Origin: Eledone cirrhosa
Taxonomy: Eukaryota
Assembly: GCA_964016885.1 (NCBI GenBank)
Contig: OZ024740.1
Coordinates: forward strand, 233,492,001-233,556,000
DNA: 64,000 nucleotides
Direction of reading: 5' to 3'
Part shown: positions 14,719-28,519 of the stretch, one piece after another
How the letters are laid out: each line of letters opens with the position of its first letter
Position numbering within the stretch: the first letter of the stretch is position 1
Program-made: the position numbers and the translations under genes
Notes under the pieces: generated by a model
What the model was told of the DNA's origin: nothing
Databases searched by the model: none
The model's input: only the letters and a program-made list of their open reading frames with translations

Positions 14719-14917
14719 TATATATATATCAAAATTAAATATACATACCAACACATATATATGCCGTCTTCAGAAATAATGAAATATATTTATTGATAAT
14801 AACAACAATTCAAAATTACAGGTCTGTTTGGGAACAGAGTTCAAATTGACCAATGAAAACACAAAAAGTTTATACAGTTAGGTGTGTGTATATATGTAAA
14901 CTCTTGGTAGATTTATC

Positions 14918-14964
<47 letters not shown>

Positions 14965-14969
<5 letters not shown>

Positions 14970-15139
14970 GGTTTATCCCGAGTTCTTCAGAGGGTAACCA
15001 CAGTACGTAAGGTACTCAATACAAAGCAGAGTATAAATATACAGGACTAGAACTGATTCATACGGGAGAAATCATCAGAAAGCCCTGATGATTTCTCCCG
15101 AATGAAACAGTTCTAGTCCTGTAGAAGGCTTTTCTATAT

Positions 15140-15140
<1 letters not shown>
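14965..15140. mobile_element. Family B fold-back element with hammerhead
   Basis: Inverted repeat 15040-15078/15085-15123 containing CTGATGA-TTTCTCCCGAAT-GAAACAGTTC; related copies at 34586-34747, 49625-49678 and 60938-61032. Confidence 0.75.
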
Positions 15141-15190
<50 letters not shown>

Positions 15191-15751
15191 CCCACCCCCC
15201 TCACTCTCAAAAGCGTGAACCTAATAAACCTTTATTTGTCTGCCTCTCTGTTTTGTTCCCGTATAAATTTGCACTATATATATATATGTGTGTGTGTGTG
15301 TGTAACAAAGAGGGCGAAGTAAGATACCAGGTTGATCATAACGCACCAGAGTGTTCAATACTTAGGGTAATAAGAACAGAGTCAGGACAGCTAGATCCGA
15401 AATAAGCCACTAGTGTGAATACTGGTGGCTTAGTTCGGATCTAGCTGTTGAAACGGCCGGAGCTCAGCCGTCGGGGTGGTGACGCCTTTCCTATATATAT
15501 ATATATATGAGAGAGAAATAAGTTTCACATTAAAATGTTTTTCTTGGATATTGATCGTTTCATATGTCTCACAGACACAGAGGATAGGATCTCAATATTG
15601 GGAACAGGTATATCACCCGATTTAGTCCCAGAGCCAATAATCTGTGAAACATATGTACTCTTTATATGCAATGAAAATAAAGTGAAACTTAGTTCTCTCA
15701 TACTTACATATCATATGCACTCTGCTATAGTATCAAGTAATCTTTAGTATT

Positions 15752-15912
<161 letters not shown>

Positions 15913-16065
15913 GGGAGTGTAACTTCGAGTTACTGTAGGTTCACACGGGTGAGCACTCTATGTTTAGGTTCACTTTAGTGTCGAGGTGTAGAGCTAGACA
16001 GAGTGTATTATAGTGAAATAAGATAACAAGGGCGATTGGTTACTCCTTCATTGCGTTTATTGGTT

Positions 16066-16150
16066 GGTGACGCACCTTTCGCTACTGATCAGCTTACGGT
16101 TCGATCTGTATCGATCTGACCCGACTCTGTTATCCGCGGCTCGTCAGACC
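16066..16150 (-). ncRNA. Type I hammerhead-like motif with extended stem II
   Basis: GGT-CTGACGA-GC...GC-GAAAGGTGCGTC-ACC followed by AATAAA; lies in the (TA)n-flanked element 15910-16175. Confidence 0.6.
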
Positions 16151-16173
16151 CCTTGTAATATTAATGGAAAAAA

Positions 16174-16215
<42 letters not shown>

Positions 16216-16669
16216 TATAGAGTAAAGCATGTCCAGAGAATTATTTGATAATATATATACATCGTCTCTACTTCCAATCAGCATAATTAACCACACAAAA
16301 AATCAATTAGACCATGCTATAAGAATAAAAGGCATCTATGAAGAAACAGTAAATAAATACGCTATTGCGGAGTCTTCGCGTGCAACCGCTATAGAATATG
16401 TACCGAACATTTCAACAGCACGTGGAAATTAATTAAATATACAGTCAACCATACATAATTAGGTAAAAATTAATGTTAGAAATGATTATATATATATATA
16501 TATATATATATAACGAAGGAAATGTGGTAAGGAACCAGATGGACCATAACGCACCAAAGTACTCAATACTTAGGGTAGTAGAGTGGGTGATAGGAACGAG
16601 TAAGACCCCGACGGCTGAGCTCAAGCCGTTTCGACGGCTAATTCTGGACTCATATATATATAAGTATAA

Positions 16670-16756
<87 letters not shown>

Positions 16757-17842
16757 GCATACCAAAACACGTACCACTAAGCAGCAACGAACAAGAAGAA
16801 ACCACCTGGCTGCAAACAAACTTTGCAAGACCACAGATATACCTGCTGCTATGTATATATATTTCTATATTTTATATTAATTCTCAAACGCACTTTGTGT
16901 ATATCAACATTGTTGCCTACACATTTTACTATAGGCAAATTATTGCATAAAAGATTTTCTGGTGTGTGAGAGTAACTATTATCTTCGTTTTTTCGAATAG
17001 TACCGGTATCATAGTTTCATTCTTCGCCGATATACACGAATAACAATGTATTGGGTCGTCCAGTATAACATTTGTAGAAAAACAAGAAAGTTCTACAAAT
17101 TTCATACTTCACAGCCCAATACATACATAAAGATAATACCCATCGAACCACATACACATACCTACATACATGCTCATACAGATCTACACAATTCCATCGA
17201 CAAGGTGCTGATGGATTCATGGCTACTGTACATAGGGCGATGGTAGGATTAAATTCGGAAACACGTGGTCGCGATGCGAGCATCTTCACATGTATCTGTT
17301 TACCTGTTTGTCTCTTTGTGCTGTTATTATTGTTGTTGTTGTTGGTGGTGACGTTGATGGTGTCGGTGGTGGTGGTCGTGGGGATGATGGTGGTGGTGGT
17401 GGTAATGTTAGTGTTGCTGCTGTTGGTGGTGTCACATGTGTTTGTGTGTACACGTGTGCTTTTGTGATTTTTACTGGTTAAAGATTTTTTTATTCTAAAT
17501 AGACCGCGCTCCTTTCTGTATGCTGGTCTATATGCAGGTCACTTAATTTTAAGTGCTTCAGTTTACCTAGTCGTGGGAAATACATACTACTACCTCTGAG
17601 AATGTCAGATGCCATAGATTGGTGTCGTACTCTGATGGCTGTATGTCTTTCATTCGTTTAATGCTAGGAATATCGAGATAAGCAATGGTTTTTTGAAGCT
17701 TTAGACGTCCTTCACATAATATCTCTGTCAGTGATTATCTTTTTATCTATTAATCTCTAGGTCTATCTCTCTCTATATATCTATATCTATATCTATATCT
17801 ACATCTATATATAAGTTGGTGGGTGTATACGCATTCACCTAC

Positions 17843-17895
<53 letters not shown>

Positions 17896-17933
17896 AAAAT
17901 AATTTTATTTTATATTATACTTAGATCTATCTA

Positions 17934-17984
<51 letters not shown>

Positions 17985-18046
17985 GAATGTTTGAATGAGT
18001 GTATGTGTGTGAGATGCAGAGAGAAGAAAGAGAGATACAGAGAAAT

Positions 18047-18131
<85 letters not shown>

Positions 18132-19207
18132 AGGAGGGATACTGAGAGGAGAAAGAGAGAGAGGGGGGAGAGGGCAAAAATGTATATGTGAGCTAGAGGA
18201 AGAGAAGAACGAATACTTCTTTAAGAACTTCTCTGTGTGTTTGTTTTTCTTGCGAAGGGGAGGACAGAACTCATAGCCTTTCTAACTCTTTTTTTTTTTA
18301 AATTAACGTATCTCCAATACATTGTATAACATTTTTGCTCCACACTTCCTCTTCATAAAAGGTAAAGCTCCCCTTCGGTCACGAATGACCATGGGATTTG
18401 GACCTAGAAAGTTCTCCTTCGAGGCACAAGTCCAAGCAAGATTGTTTGTGGAAGACCAGCAGTGACCAATGCATATCATTCTAACCTGTTTATGACACTT
18501 ATGTTATGTTCGCCGATAAAGCTTGGCACAACTGACATCGCAACTGATTTTAACATTTTAGTGAACTGGAACAACGCGAAATAAAGTGTCTTGCATCACA
18601 TGGTTGGAGAATTGAACTCCCTATCTCATGATGGCAAGCCCACCGCTCTAACCACTTAACCATGTAACTACATCGTCATACATCTATAAATGTTCATCCG
18701 TATTCCTTGTAAGTTGTCGTATGGATATGGTGCATCTGTAAAACAAAAACAACAAAAACAACAAAAAAAACAATTAGCATTAAAACAACTGATTACTGAA
18801 CTGTATCGTTACAAACATGTGAAGTTGTTTCATACAATCATGGTGGAGATATTCAAAGGCAGCGTTATCAAAGTCATTCCGACATTTGGTGGAAATACAT
18901 CAAAAATGCAGTAAAGAGAAGGGAGATAACTAGAAAAGATAGGATTTCAAAGGATTACAAATAGTGATTCGGTGACCGCTGAAATTACTAAACATATAGG
19001 TTATTGAAAATTATAAAGAATCTAGGATTATATGCATTCGTATCTGATACACATACACGTGTATGTATGCATACATGATTATATATGAAGTGACTAACCT
19101 AACAACTTCGAAATCACTGCCACTTTCTTCTTAGAAAATAAATTTCTACATTCTATCCACCATTGACGTGTGCTTATTCAGTTAATTTAAAATTATATAT
19201 ACATATA

Positions 19208-19382
19208 TTGGGAGCCCCTACATGGACACACTAGAAGAGGAAGACCAAGGTTAACGTATGTTGATGCCCTAAGGAAAGACACTGGTCTGTTGGAGACGCA
19301 GGACATGGCAGCGATAATGGGGACAGGGACCGCTGGAGAGAACTCGTCCATGGATCTCGGGAATTTTACCCGCCTTAGATAG
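19208..19382 (+). mobile_element. RTE-clade LINE 3' end fragment
   Basis: [48 protein letters not shown], a typical RTE C-terminus, running into (TA)n. Confidence 0.8.
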
Positions 19383-19412
19383 ATATATATATACATATAT
19401 ATACATATATAC

Positions 19413-19506
<94 letters not shown>

Positions 19507-19510
<4 letters not shown>

Positions 19511-19813
19511 GTTAAAATACTGGAGCGTGTTGGAGTTAAACACCCTCTTCGTATTATAGAAATGACAGGAAAAGGTATAGCTCAATGTAGTTATATACAT
19601 ATATACATATATATACACATATATATATATATATATAAGGGTTAAAATACTGGAGCGTGTTGGAGTTAAACACCCTCTTCGTATTATAGAAATGACAGGA
19701 AAAGGTATAGCTCAATGTAGTTAAATGTAGTTAAACGTCCTTAATAGGACGAAACATTGTCGGCTAATAAAGACTTTTGATGTATTGAAGGCTTCTTTGT
19801 TTTACTTTCTTAA
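19507..19813. mobile_element. Tandemly duplicated ~87-bp tail plus 3' half of a hammerhead
   Basis: 19507-19593 equals 19637-19723; GTCCT-TAAT-AGGAC-GAAACATTGTC at 19737-19761 followed by AATAAA. Confidence 0.6.
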
Positions 19814-19891
19814 ATATATATATATATATATGAATGTATAGAACAAGAAGAAGCGAAGTAGTTTCAGATGCCCAAGTCCTTTAACAACAAT

Positions 19892-19965
19892 GCTGTGATA
19901 TATATTTCAATGGCGACAGTGGCCACACTGCCCCGTGCGCCAGCGCCGCGACATCGTCAGACAGC
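19892..19965 (-). ncRNA. Type I hammerhead ribozyme
   Basis: GCTGT-CTGACGA-(GC-rich stem II)-GAAATATATATC-ACAGC; perfect 5-bp stem I. Confidence 0.75.
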
Positions 19966-20948
19966 CCGTTACACAATAAGGCCGTGCCTCCTAGGCAATC
20001 CAAACTGAACCGACATGGGAACGGACGAAGTGTGTGCTTTCGGGTTCTTCATCCGTTCCCTTGTGAGCACCAATTCACTCCCAACGGTCTGCGCAGGCGC
20101 AGGTCCGAAGGAAGTTGACCATTAGCTACCGCAGATTTCAACGAAATTCGCTTAGTCAGTTCCTCCCTTCACCCAAAGGCCATTTCAGGCCTTTTATATC
20201 GAGCTTACTGCTACCTACCCCGTCTGTGGCTGTCAGCCGAAAGCCAGTGGGGATGGGAGCGTGTGAGTATCAGTATGTCTCATCACTACCCCTCATTAAA
20301 CATGGACAGCATAACTGACCATTAACCCATAAGAGAAAATACACCCAACTCCAGGTATCATGGCCCCACAGTGGACGCCACGAACGAGAGCTGGAAATCA
20401 GAAGCAAAAATTAAAAATTGAAAATCAAATATTAAAAATTAGAAATTAGGAAGTAAAAATTAATAACTAAAAACCAAAAAACTCTCAAGCGAGAACCTAG
20501 ACCGAAGTGAGTAAAAAAAATATAGATTGGAGTGAGTAAATAACATATTCACCCATACCATCTACTACATAGAGAGACGTTTAAGCAAGAAGCTTTGAAA
20601 GGGGTATTAATGCTAGTTATTTTATCTACATACTGAACGATAGTACCGTACAGTAGAACGGAGGGTAAATTACAGTATGATAGGTAGTAGTTAGCCGGGC
20701 ACAGAGTTAGAATTTCCATCACATGGAACAAAACTAAAAAAACACAGACATAAAGTACACAAAAGAGAAAAACTAATAAATGTAAAAAAACTCATACAGC
20801 TCACAAATGCAAAATGAGATAGGAGATACTGATTAATATGATTGTCAATTTGTCCATATATAGATTGAATTTGGGGGGCTTCTGTTCAAATGCGATTTGG
20901 TGCAGGAAAATAGTGGTTTATCGGTGTTTTTGTTTATATATATATATT

Positions 20949-20979
<31 letters not shown>

Positions 20980-20993
20980 AATGAAAAGTATAG

Positions 20994-21056
<63 letters not shown>

Positions 21057-21218
21057 CGAAGGAAGTGTGGTAAGGAACCAGATGGACCATAACGCATCAT
21101 AACACTCAGAGTCCAGAAATAGCCGTCAAAACGGCTTGAGCTCTGCCGTCGGGGGTCTAACATTTTCCTATATATATACATATATATAATGGACGTATGT
21201 ATGTATGCATGTATGTAT

Positions 21219-21618
21219 GTTCTTTTGGTTTTATAATTTCACAAAGTTTTACCAATAGAGAGAGAGTCGGTTTCTAACATAGACACAAGACTCTCTCATT
21301 GGAATTTACACATCAACTAGGTAGATATGTATGCATGCATGTGTAGATATGGATGTTATTGTATGTGAGGATGTGTATGTTTTGAGTTGTATGTGTGCAT
21401 GTGCATATGCTTTGTATCTGTACATGTGTATATGCAGTTATTAGATGCAACATTTTTGGAATGTTTTACATATTTTTACTGATCCATTAATGGATTGTAC
21501 TTGTAATTTCCTAACTAGTTGTGTTCTTTCTGTTCTTGTGAAGCCTAGCTTCTCAAGATTTGTATTGAGGCAGTTACTAACATATCCCAGTGCCCCAATA
21601 ATCACAGGCAAAAATCTT
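21219..21618 (-). mobile_element. Second R4/Dong-like RLE retrotransposon 3' fragment in (TACA)n
   Basis: Minus strand gives RFLPVIIGALGYVSNCLNTNLEKLGF...KLQVQSINGSVKICKTF, which aligns with the C-terminus of the 13170 element; (TATG)n on both sides. Confidence 0.8.
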
Positions 21619-21970
21619 ATATATGTATGTATGTACGTATGTATGTATGTATGTATAGAATATCAAGTATCATTACAGCATGGAATAAACAAATATGTAC
21701 ATTTTAAATTTGACAAGAACCGTATTAAGAACAATAACAACTTCAAACTCTATTCTAAAATAAGGTTTCTTTCGCCTAATAATTAAAGCAAGGCGTCTGT
21801 CTTGTCTTGTTCCTGATCTGCTTATTTAGACCGACATCATTGTGGTAGTTGTGATCGTAGCTGTGATAGTATTAGTAATGACTATGGTATTTGTAGTGGT
21901 ACTGATAGTAGTGGCGATTGGGATATTATTTATAATTGTCGGGATGTAGTTGTGTGATTGTAGAAATAAT

Positions 21971-22152
21971 TATTTCTACGTTTGGCACAAGGCCAGCAAT
22001 TGCCCAGTGCATTACTGGTACTTTATTTTATCGACCCCCGTAAGAATGAAAGGCAAAGTTAACCTCGACGGGATTTGAGCTCAGACCGTAAAGGGGCATA
22101 ACTATGCTGGAAAGCATGGCGTCCGACCCTCTACCAATACTGCCAATTCACC
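21971..22152 (-). mobile_element. tRNA-derived MetaSINE-like SINE with 11-bp TSD
   Basis: TTGGCAGTATTGGTAGAG head and GCCTTTCATTCTTACGGGGGTCGATAAAATAAAGTACCAG core; TSD GTAGAAATAAT at 21960-21970 and 22153-22163. Confidence 0.85.
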
Positions 22153-23625
22153 GTAGAAATAATGGTGGTTGTATGAGTAGATGTAACTAAGGCGATGCAG
22201 TGATACTTGTAGTTGTGATGGTAGCAGAGATAGTGGTAGTTGTATGAATAAAGCTAATGCTGGTGATGTGGTAATGGTGGTAATTTTGTTAGTGAAGGTA
22301 ATTATGATATTGTGGTGATAATGATAGTGGTGGTGTTAGCATTGCTGGTGGTAGTTGTGTCAGTATGGATAATCATGGCGATATCGTGAGTATGATAGTG
22401 GTAGTTGTGGTGGTAGTAGTACTTGTAGTAATGCAGTGATAGTGATATCAGCAATAGTTATAGTTGTATTAGAGTAGTAGTAATGGTAGCTATATAGGTT
22501 TTTGCCGATTTCGTTGTTGCTTTATTTATTTAATTATTTATTTAATCTGCAGACATTTTTGCCCCGCTAACCTGATCAGCTGATCACCAAACTGTTGATA
22601 TGTCAACATCAGATGAGGTAGAATTTCCCCCTAACAGTTGAATATAGTTCTGGGAGCTGACTATATAAACTGAGACATGACTATAAATCCTGAAACCAAA
22701 GTCATTCTTGTCAGTAACATAGATTAAGTAAATAGCTTTGGAAGTCAATATTTTTTCTTCTCATTCTTGTGCTTGTGATTTGTCTTGTGAAAAGTAGGAA
22801 GTTATTCTGACGTAGTTTAATGTTGAAAATAAACCAGACAAATTTAAAAAAGAACACATAAACAAGCCATTATTTCTTCCTTCACTACCTCCTTGTTCAA
22901 AAGATCGGGTCATAATTTTTTATTTCTCTAGCGTTAAATGTATAAGGAAATAATCACACTCTTCCCCTCGAAAGATTCGGTACCAATTTTCGAAAGTCAT
23001 AAAACAGAAAAATCTAGCACTTCCATACAGAAACGAATCAAAACGCCTGTGGTAGATTTATTATACGGAGAAATCAACGAAATTAATCAAGACTAGAAAC
23101 TTCTCCACCGTATAAAGATGAGTCAGAGGTAACTAAATCTGCTAATCCCAAGCTATAAACTGAACGGGGAAGTCGTGTGGGACCTAACAGGACCCGAAAT
23201 TAAATCATAAAGACGCTAAGGAATAACTACAACTGAAAAGTAGATTAGGGACATTAAGTTATCTGTCTATGGTTACTTAGCGAAATATATGACATTGATA
23301 GTCAATCAAATGGAGAATCGAAAGAAACCGTGGTCGGGGATAGTAATCAATGCGTATTCATATATATGTGTGCTTTTTGTGTGTGTATGTATGTATATAT
23401 ATACAAACACACCCATATATATATATATATATATATTAAAGATTCCGGACCCCGACGCCTGACCTCCGGCTGCTTCAACAGCTAGATCCGAACAGTTCGG
23501 TTCTAGCTGTTGAAACGGCCGGAGCTCAGCTGTAGCGGTCCCAAATTTTCCATATTACCTACTCTACTACCCCAAATATCGAGTACTCTGGTGTGTAATG
23601 GTCTAACTGGTTTTTACCGCCTCCA

Positions 23626-23703
<78 letters not shown>

Positions 23704-23767
23704 ATATGAACGGGTATCAAATGTCTGTGATAATATTAAGGTGTTTGTGTCCACGACATCATAGGAT

Positions 23768-23829
<62 letters not shown>

Positions 23830-24402
23830 AGCGAAATACTGGTACAATACTTACAATCATACTCGATAGCGAGTGTCCGTTGCAGTTCGGTTTTGTTTTA
23901 CATAGATATATAGTATACACAAACTTTCATACGTTTAACATATATGTGCTACCATTGGTTTGGGGGTCCAGTCATGGCCACCACTGTATAATGGAGGAGG
24001 AACATTTAAGCTGGCCATTCCTTCAGGCACCTAGACAAGAGTCTTATCAAATAAACTACATACATATTTAAGTATGACTAGACACATAATTATGTAAACC
24101 TATATGTTTTGACTTTTATTTCCGTATAAGGACATACAGGCACCATTGCATTCCTACACGATGATGTGAGTGTGGTGGCGAGTTCAAATCGTCTGGACCA
24201 CCACGATCACGGCACAGATATCTCTGGCAGGACAGAAGCAAATCTAAAGAAATGATTTCAACGTGTCATAGAGTACATCTGGCCTGTCAGGAGTATTACA
24301 AGTTGATAATACTCCAGATGGTACCTTTCGACATTACACTACCTCCTATTACCTCCACATCCCCACTTGCTGCCTTTTTAGCATTCTCTTTTTCCTATCT
24401 CA

Positions 24403-24458
<56 letters not shown>

Positions 24459-24587
24459 TACACACACATACGCACACAGATATATATAGACACACATATA
24501 TATATACATACACACACATATATATATATACACACATATATATACATACATACACACACATATATATAGATGTATGTATTATATATA

Positions 24588-24701
<114 letters not shown>

Positions 24702-25279
24702 CCTTCCACTTTGTTGTTAACTCTCTGTTTCTCTCTCTCCCTCTCTTTCTATTGGACTTTATTTATCTATATATCTGATTTTCTACGTATCGTACTTAAT
24801 TTGAACGTCGTCGTCTTCTTCTTCTTCTTCTTCTTCTTCTTCTTCTTCTTCTTCTTCTTCTTCTTCTTCTTCTTCTCCTCCTCCTCCTCCTTCTCCTCTT
24901 TCTCCTGGCCACGTATTTTTCATTTCCTCTCCGTCGACTTCTTTATCTCCTGCCTTCAGCCTTTACTTCCTCATTCTTTTTCGTGTTCTTCTCATCTTAC
25001 CACTCTTTCTAACACTGTACCTTTAAATCTGTTCTACCTCCCCCTTCATCATCATCAGCAGCTGCATGACATGTTGGTTATTTTTCTGCCACCCCACCAC
25101 TTACCACCAACTCTAATGCCACAGACACCACCATTACCATAAACACTACCGCCGCCACAATCACCATCACTACAAAATAAGAGACCCTATGTGGTCATTC
25201 AAACTGCTAGAAATAGCAGTCAATTCTCCTATCTTTGATCATATGTCTGTTCGATCGCATTTGAAATTACATTAAACAC

Positions 25280-26300
25280 TACAACCACAACCACAACCAC
25301 CAACAACATACAATCGCCACAATCTTAACACCACTAATATTAACACCACTTACCACCATGAGCACAACCGTAACCCCATCACCACCACGAGCGCAACCAT
25401 ACCACAATCCCCGCCGGGGCACAACCATACCCTCATCACCACCACGATCACAACCATACCACCACCACTAGCACAACCATACCATCACCACCACGATCAC
25501 AACCATACCACCACCACAACCATAACACCACCACCACCACCACCACTACCATCACCACCACCACGAACACAACCATACCATCATTACCACTAGCACAACC
25601 ATACCATCACCACCACAATCTCAACGATACCACCACCACCACCACAACCATAACACCACCACCACCACCATCACCATCACCACCACCACCATCACCATCA
25701 CCACCACTACCATCACCACCACCACGAACACAACCATACCATCATCACCACGATCACAACCATACCACCACCACCACAGCCATAACACCTCCACCACCAC
25801 CACCACCACTACCATCACCACCACCACGAACACAACCATAACACCATCACCACCACGATCGTAACCATAACACCACCACCACCACCACCACGAGCACAAC
25901 ATATTATCACCACACAATCACAACCATACCATCACCTCCACTAGCACCACCATACCACCATCACCCCCACCATCACAACCATACCATCATCACCACCACC
26001 ATCACAACCATACCATCATCACCACCACCACTAGCACAACCATACCACCATCACTAACATCATCACCACTCCTTCCAACACCACTAACACTATTAACACT
26101 ACCAACAACAACAACAACATTATCATCACCAACAAAAACCCACACCACCACCATCACCACCACATACAATACCACAACCATTAATCCTACAATACCACAA
26201 CACTGCCATCAAAACCAATACAACCACCAACAGCAACACAACCATCACCAGGAACATAACTACCACCATTAATAACTCAACCCTACCACTAACATCAACA
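25280..26300. repeat. Degenerate (CAC/ACC)-rich minisatellite with recurring CACAACCATACC units
   Basis: Direct read. Confidence 0.85.
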
Positions 26301-26642
26301 CTATTATCATTAGCAGCATCTATTTAAGGATTATATATTTCTCCGTCTATCTGACTGACCTCATTCCGACTCACTACAGAACCAACTAACCAAATTGGCG
26401 GCGTCTAATATTCCACCCTGTTGCTACTGATGTTTTTACTCTTCTTACTTGTTGTGGTTGTTGTTATTATGGTAGTTGTTGTGTAACAGTCAGTTCTGTT
26501 TCAGTGGTTCTATAGAAATGGTACCAGGTATGACAATTTTAGTATATATCAGGGGCGGTAGAAGCACTTCTGAATGGGATTTAGTCAAAGTTTAGTCAAT
26601 TTAGTTGTAGTGATTAGTTTAGCTGTTATTATCAAATCCCAA

Positions 26643-26834
26643 CGGTGGATTGGCAGTATCGGTAGAAGGTCGGACGCCATGCTTTGCTGCAAAGAGTTAC
26701 GGCCTTTTATGACCTGAGTTCAGATCCCGCCGAGGTTAACTTTGCCTTTCATCCTTACGGGGTCGATAAAATAAAGTACCAGTAATGCACTGGGATAATT
26801 GCTGGCCTTGTGCCAAAAGTAGAAACAGTTATTA
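26643..26834 (+). mobile_element. MetaSINE-like SINE copy
   Basis: Same sequence family as 21971-22152. Confidence 0.85.
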
Positions 26835-27232
26835 TCAAATACCAACCAAGATAAAAAAAAAAAGTTCGATATGCGATAAAAATAACATGTACATAAATTG
26901 TATCGTATATACAAATATGTGATTTGGTAGTTTTGGGGAGAAACATATAATTATTGAGTGCATGACAACCCACCCCTGTATATAGAACTAACTCATCCCA
27001 TACATTTTGAATAAGGCTTCATACGCGTGTTTGATAAATTGCGGAAATTATAGACCCAGTGAAAAACCATTATGCCCTCTCTACAAGACGAACCTGAGAA
27101 GAACACTATTGGTTTTATCAGTTAATGCCATATAGTCCGGAGTTTCGTTTCATGTTAGTTTAGGGAATGTATTGATATTCGAATGAGTAAAAACGGGTGC
27201 TTGTTAGTCAACACATTCTTCGTAAGCTGATT

Positions 27233-27286
<54 letters not shown>

Positions 27287-27504
27287 CCCCCCTCTCTGTG
27301 TTTACTGAGTTCTAGTCCTGTCAGGTTCGACTTTGCTCTTCACTGTTCTGGGATTCATACAATAAAATCTAGTTGATTTAATCGATTGTTCTCACTGTTA
27401 CTCTACTAATTATGTATTGACATTAACTTAATTGATTAGAAAAGTTCCATTAAAATGTGTTACATTAATCATCATGTTATCTTCATCAACATATTGTTCG
27501 TAAT

Positions 27505-27795
27505 AATAATTGTTACTACTTTAGGTACAAGGCCACAGGGCCAGCAAATTTGGGGGAAGGGAAAATCGATTAATTTAACCCCAGTACGTTACAGGTGCTT
27601 TACTTTATCGACCCCGTAAGGATGAAAGGCAATGCTAACCTCGGCGGGATTTAAACTCAGAACGCAAAGGGCCATAACTCTATATCGCTAAGCATGTCTG
27701 ACGCTCTGGTTTCTGCTTAGGCACGTGGTGGAGAGAATGTCGATAAATCGATCCCAGTGCATTACTGGTACTTTATTTTATCGACTCCGCAAGGA
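27505..27795 (-). mobile_element. MetaSINE-like SINE fragments (two)
   Basis: TTATCGACCCCGTAAGGATGAAAGGC core and a second partial core near 27750-27795. Confidence 0.7.
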
Positions 27796-28457
27796 TATGA
27801 TGTAACTAGATTCGGTTCCTATTTCTAGCAGATCAAGCAACCAAGTAGAGGCTCTCAGTGGAGTTGTTCTTATTCATCCCAAAGCAGCTCTGTCCACGTG
27901 ACCTATACTCATAGACATTTTATCCATTTTATCCATGCCTTTATTTAAGTCGCAGGATTATATTTTCTATATTCATTTATCTTAAGATGGTAAAGTATGA
28001 TTTCAGTAGGTACGTTCTAATTTCCTCACTCAGTGACTTTTAGTGTGAAATATGATACCGCTAAACCAGTGGATAACCTGGTAAAAATGATGTCCTTCAA
28101 TTAACCTTCTTTGATTAGTGTTTTCACATGAATTTTGTTGATCATCTAGTCGGTATATTAACAGTGATGTCTACAACGAAACTAGATTTCTTAATAGGGT
28201 CCCGAATTTCATTCCTTTCATTAACTTAAATAAAGTTTTGATGGCACATACACAAGCGTGCGCGCACACATACAAACACACACACACTAACATTAGTATA
28301 TGCATATTCATTAATTAGATATATATGAGTTTGTGTGTGTATTCATGTACATATATTTTATGCGCATGCTTAAGTATCGAGCGATGGCATTACTTGAAAT
28401 CGAGCTGCAGCCATCATCACCATCATCATCTTATATATTATATATATATATATATAT

Positions 28458-28519
<62 letters not shown>

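Noticed and set aside
20362-20380. LTR-retrotransposon primer-binding site (TGGCGTCCACTGTGGGGC, minus strand)
   Set aside because: No adjacent LTR ending in CA and no gag/pol sequence.
21971-22152. tRNA gene
   Set aside because: Only A/B-box-like head; multi-copy with TSD and SINE core.
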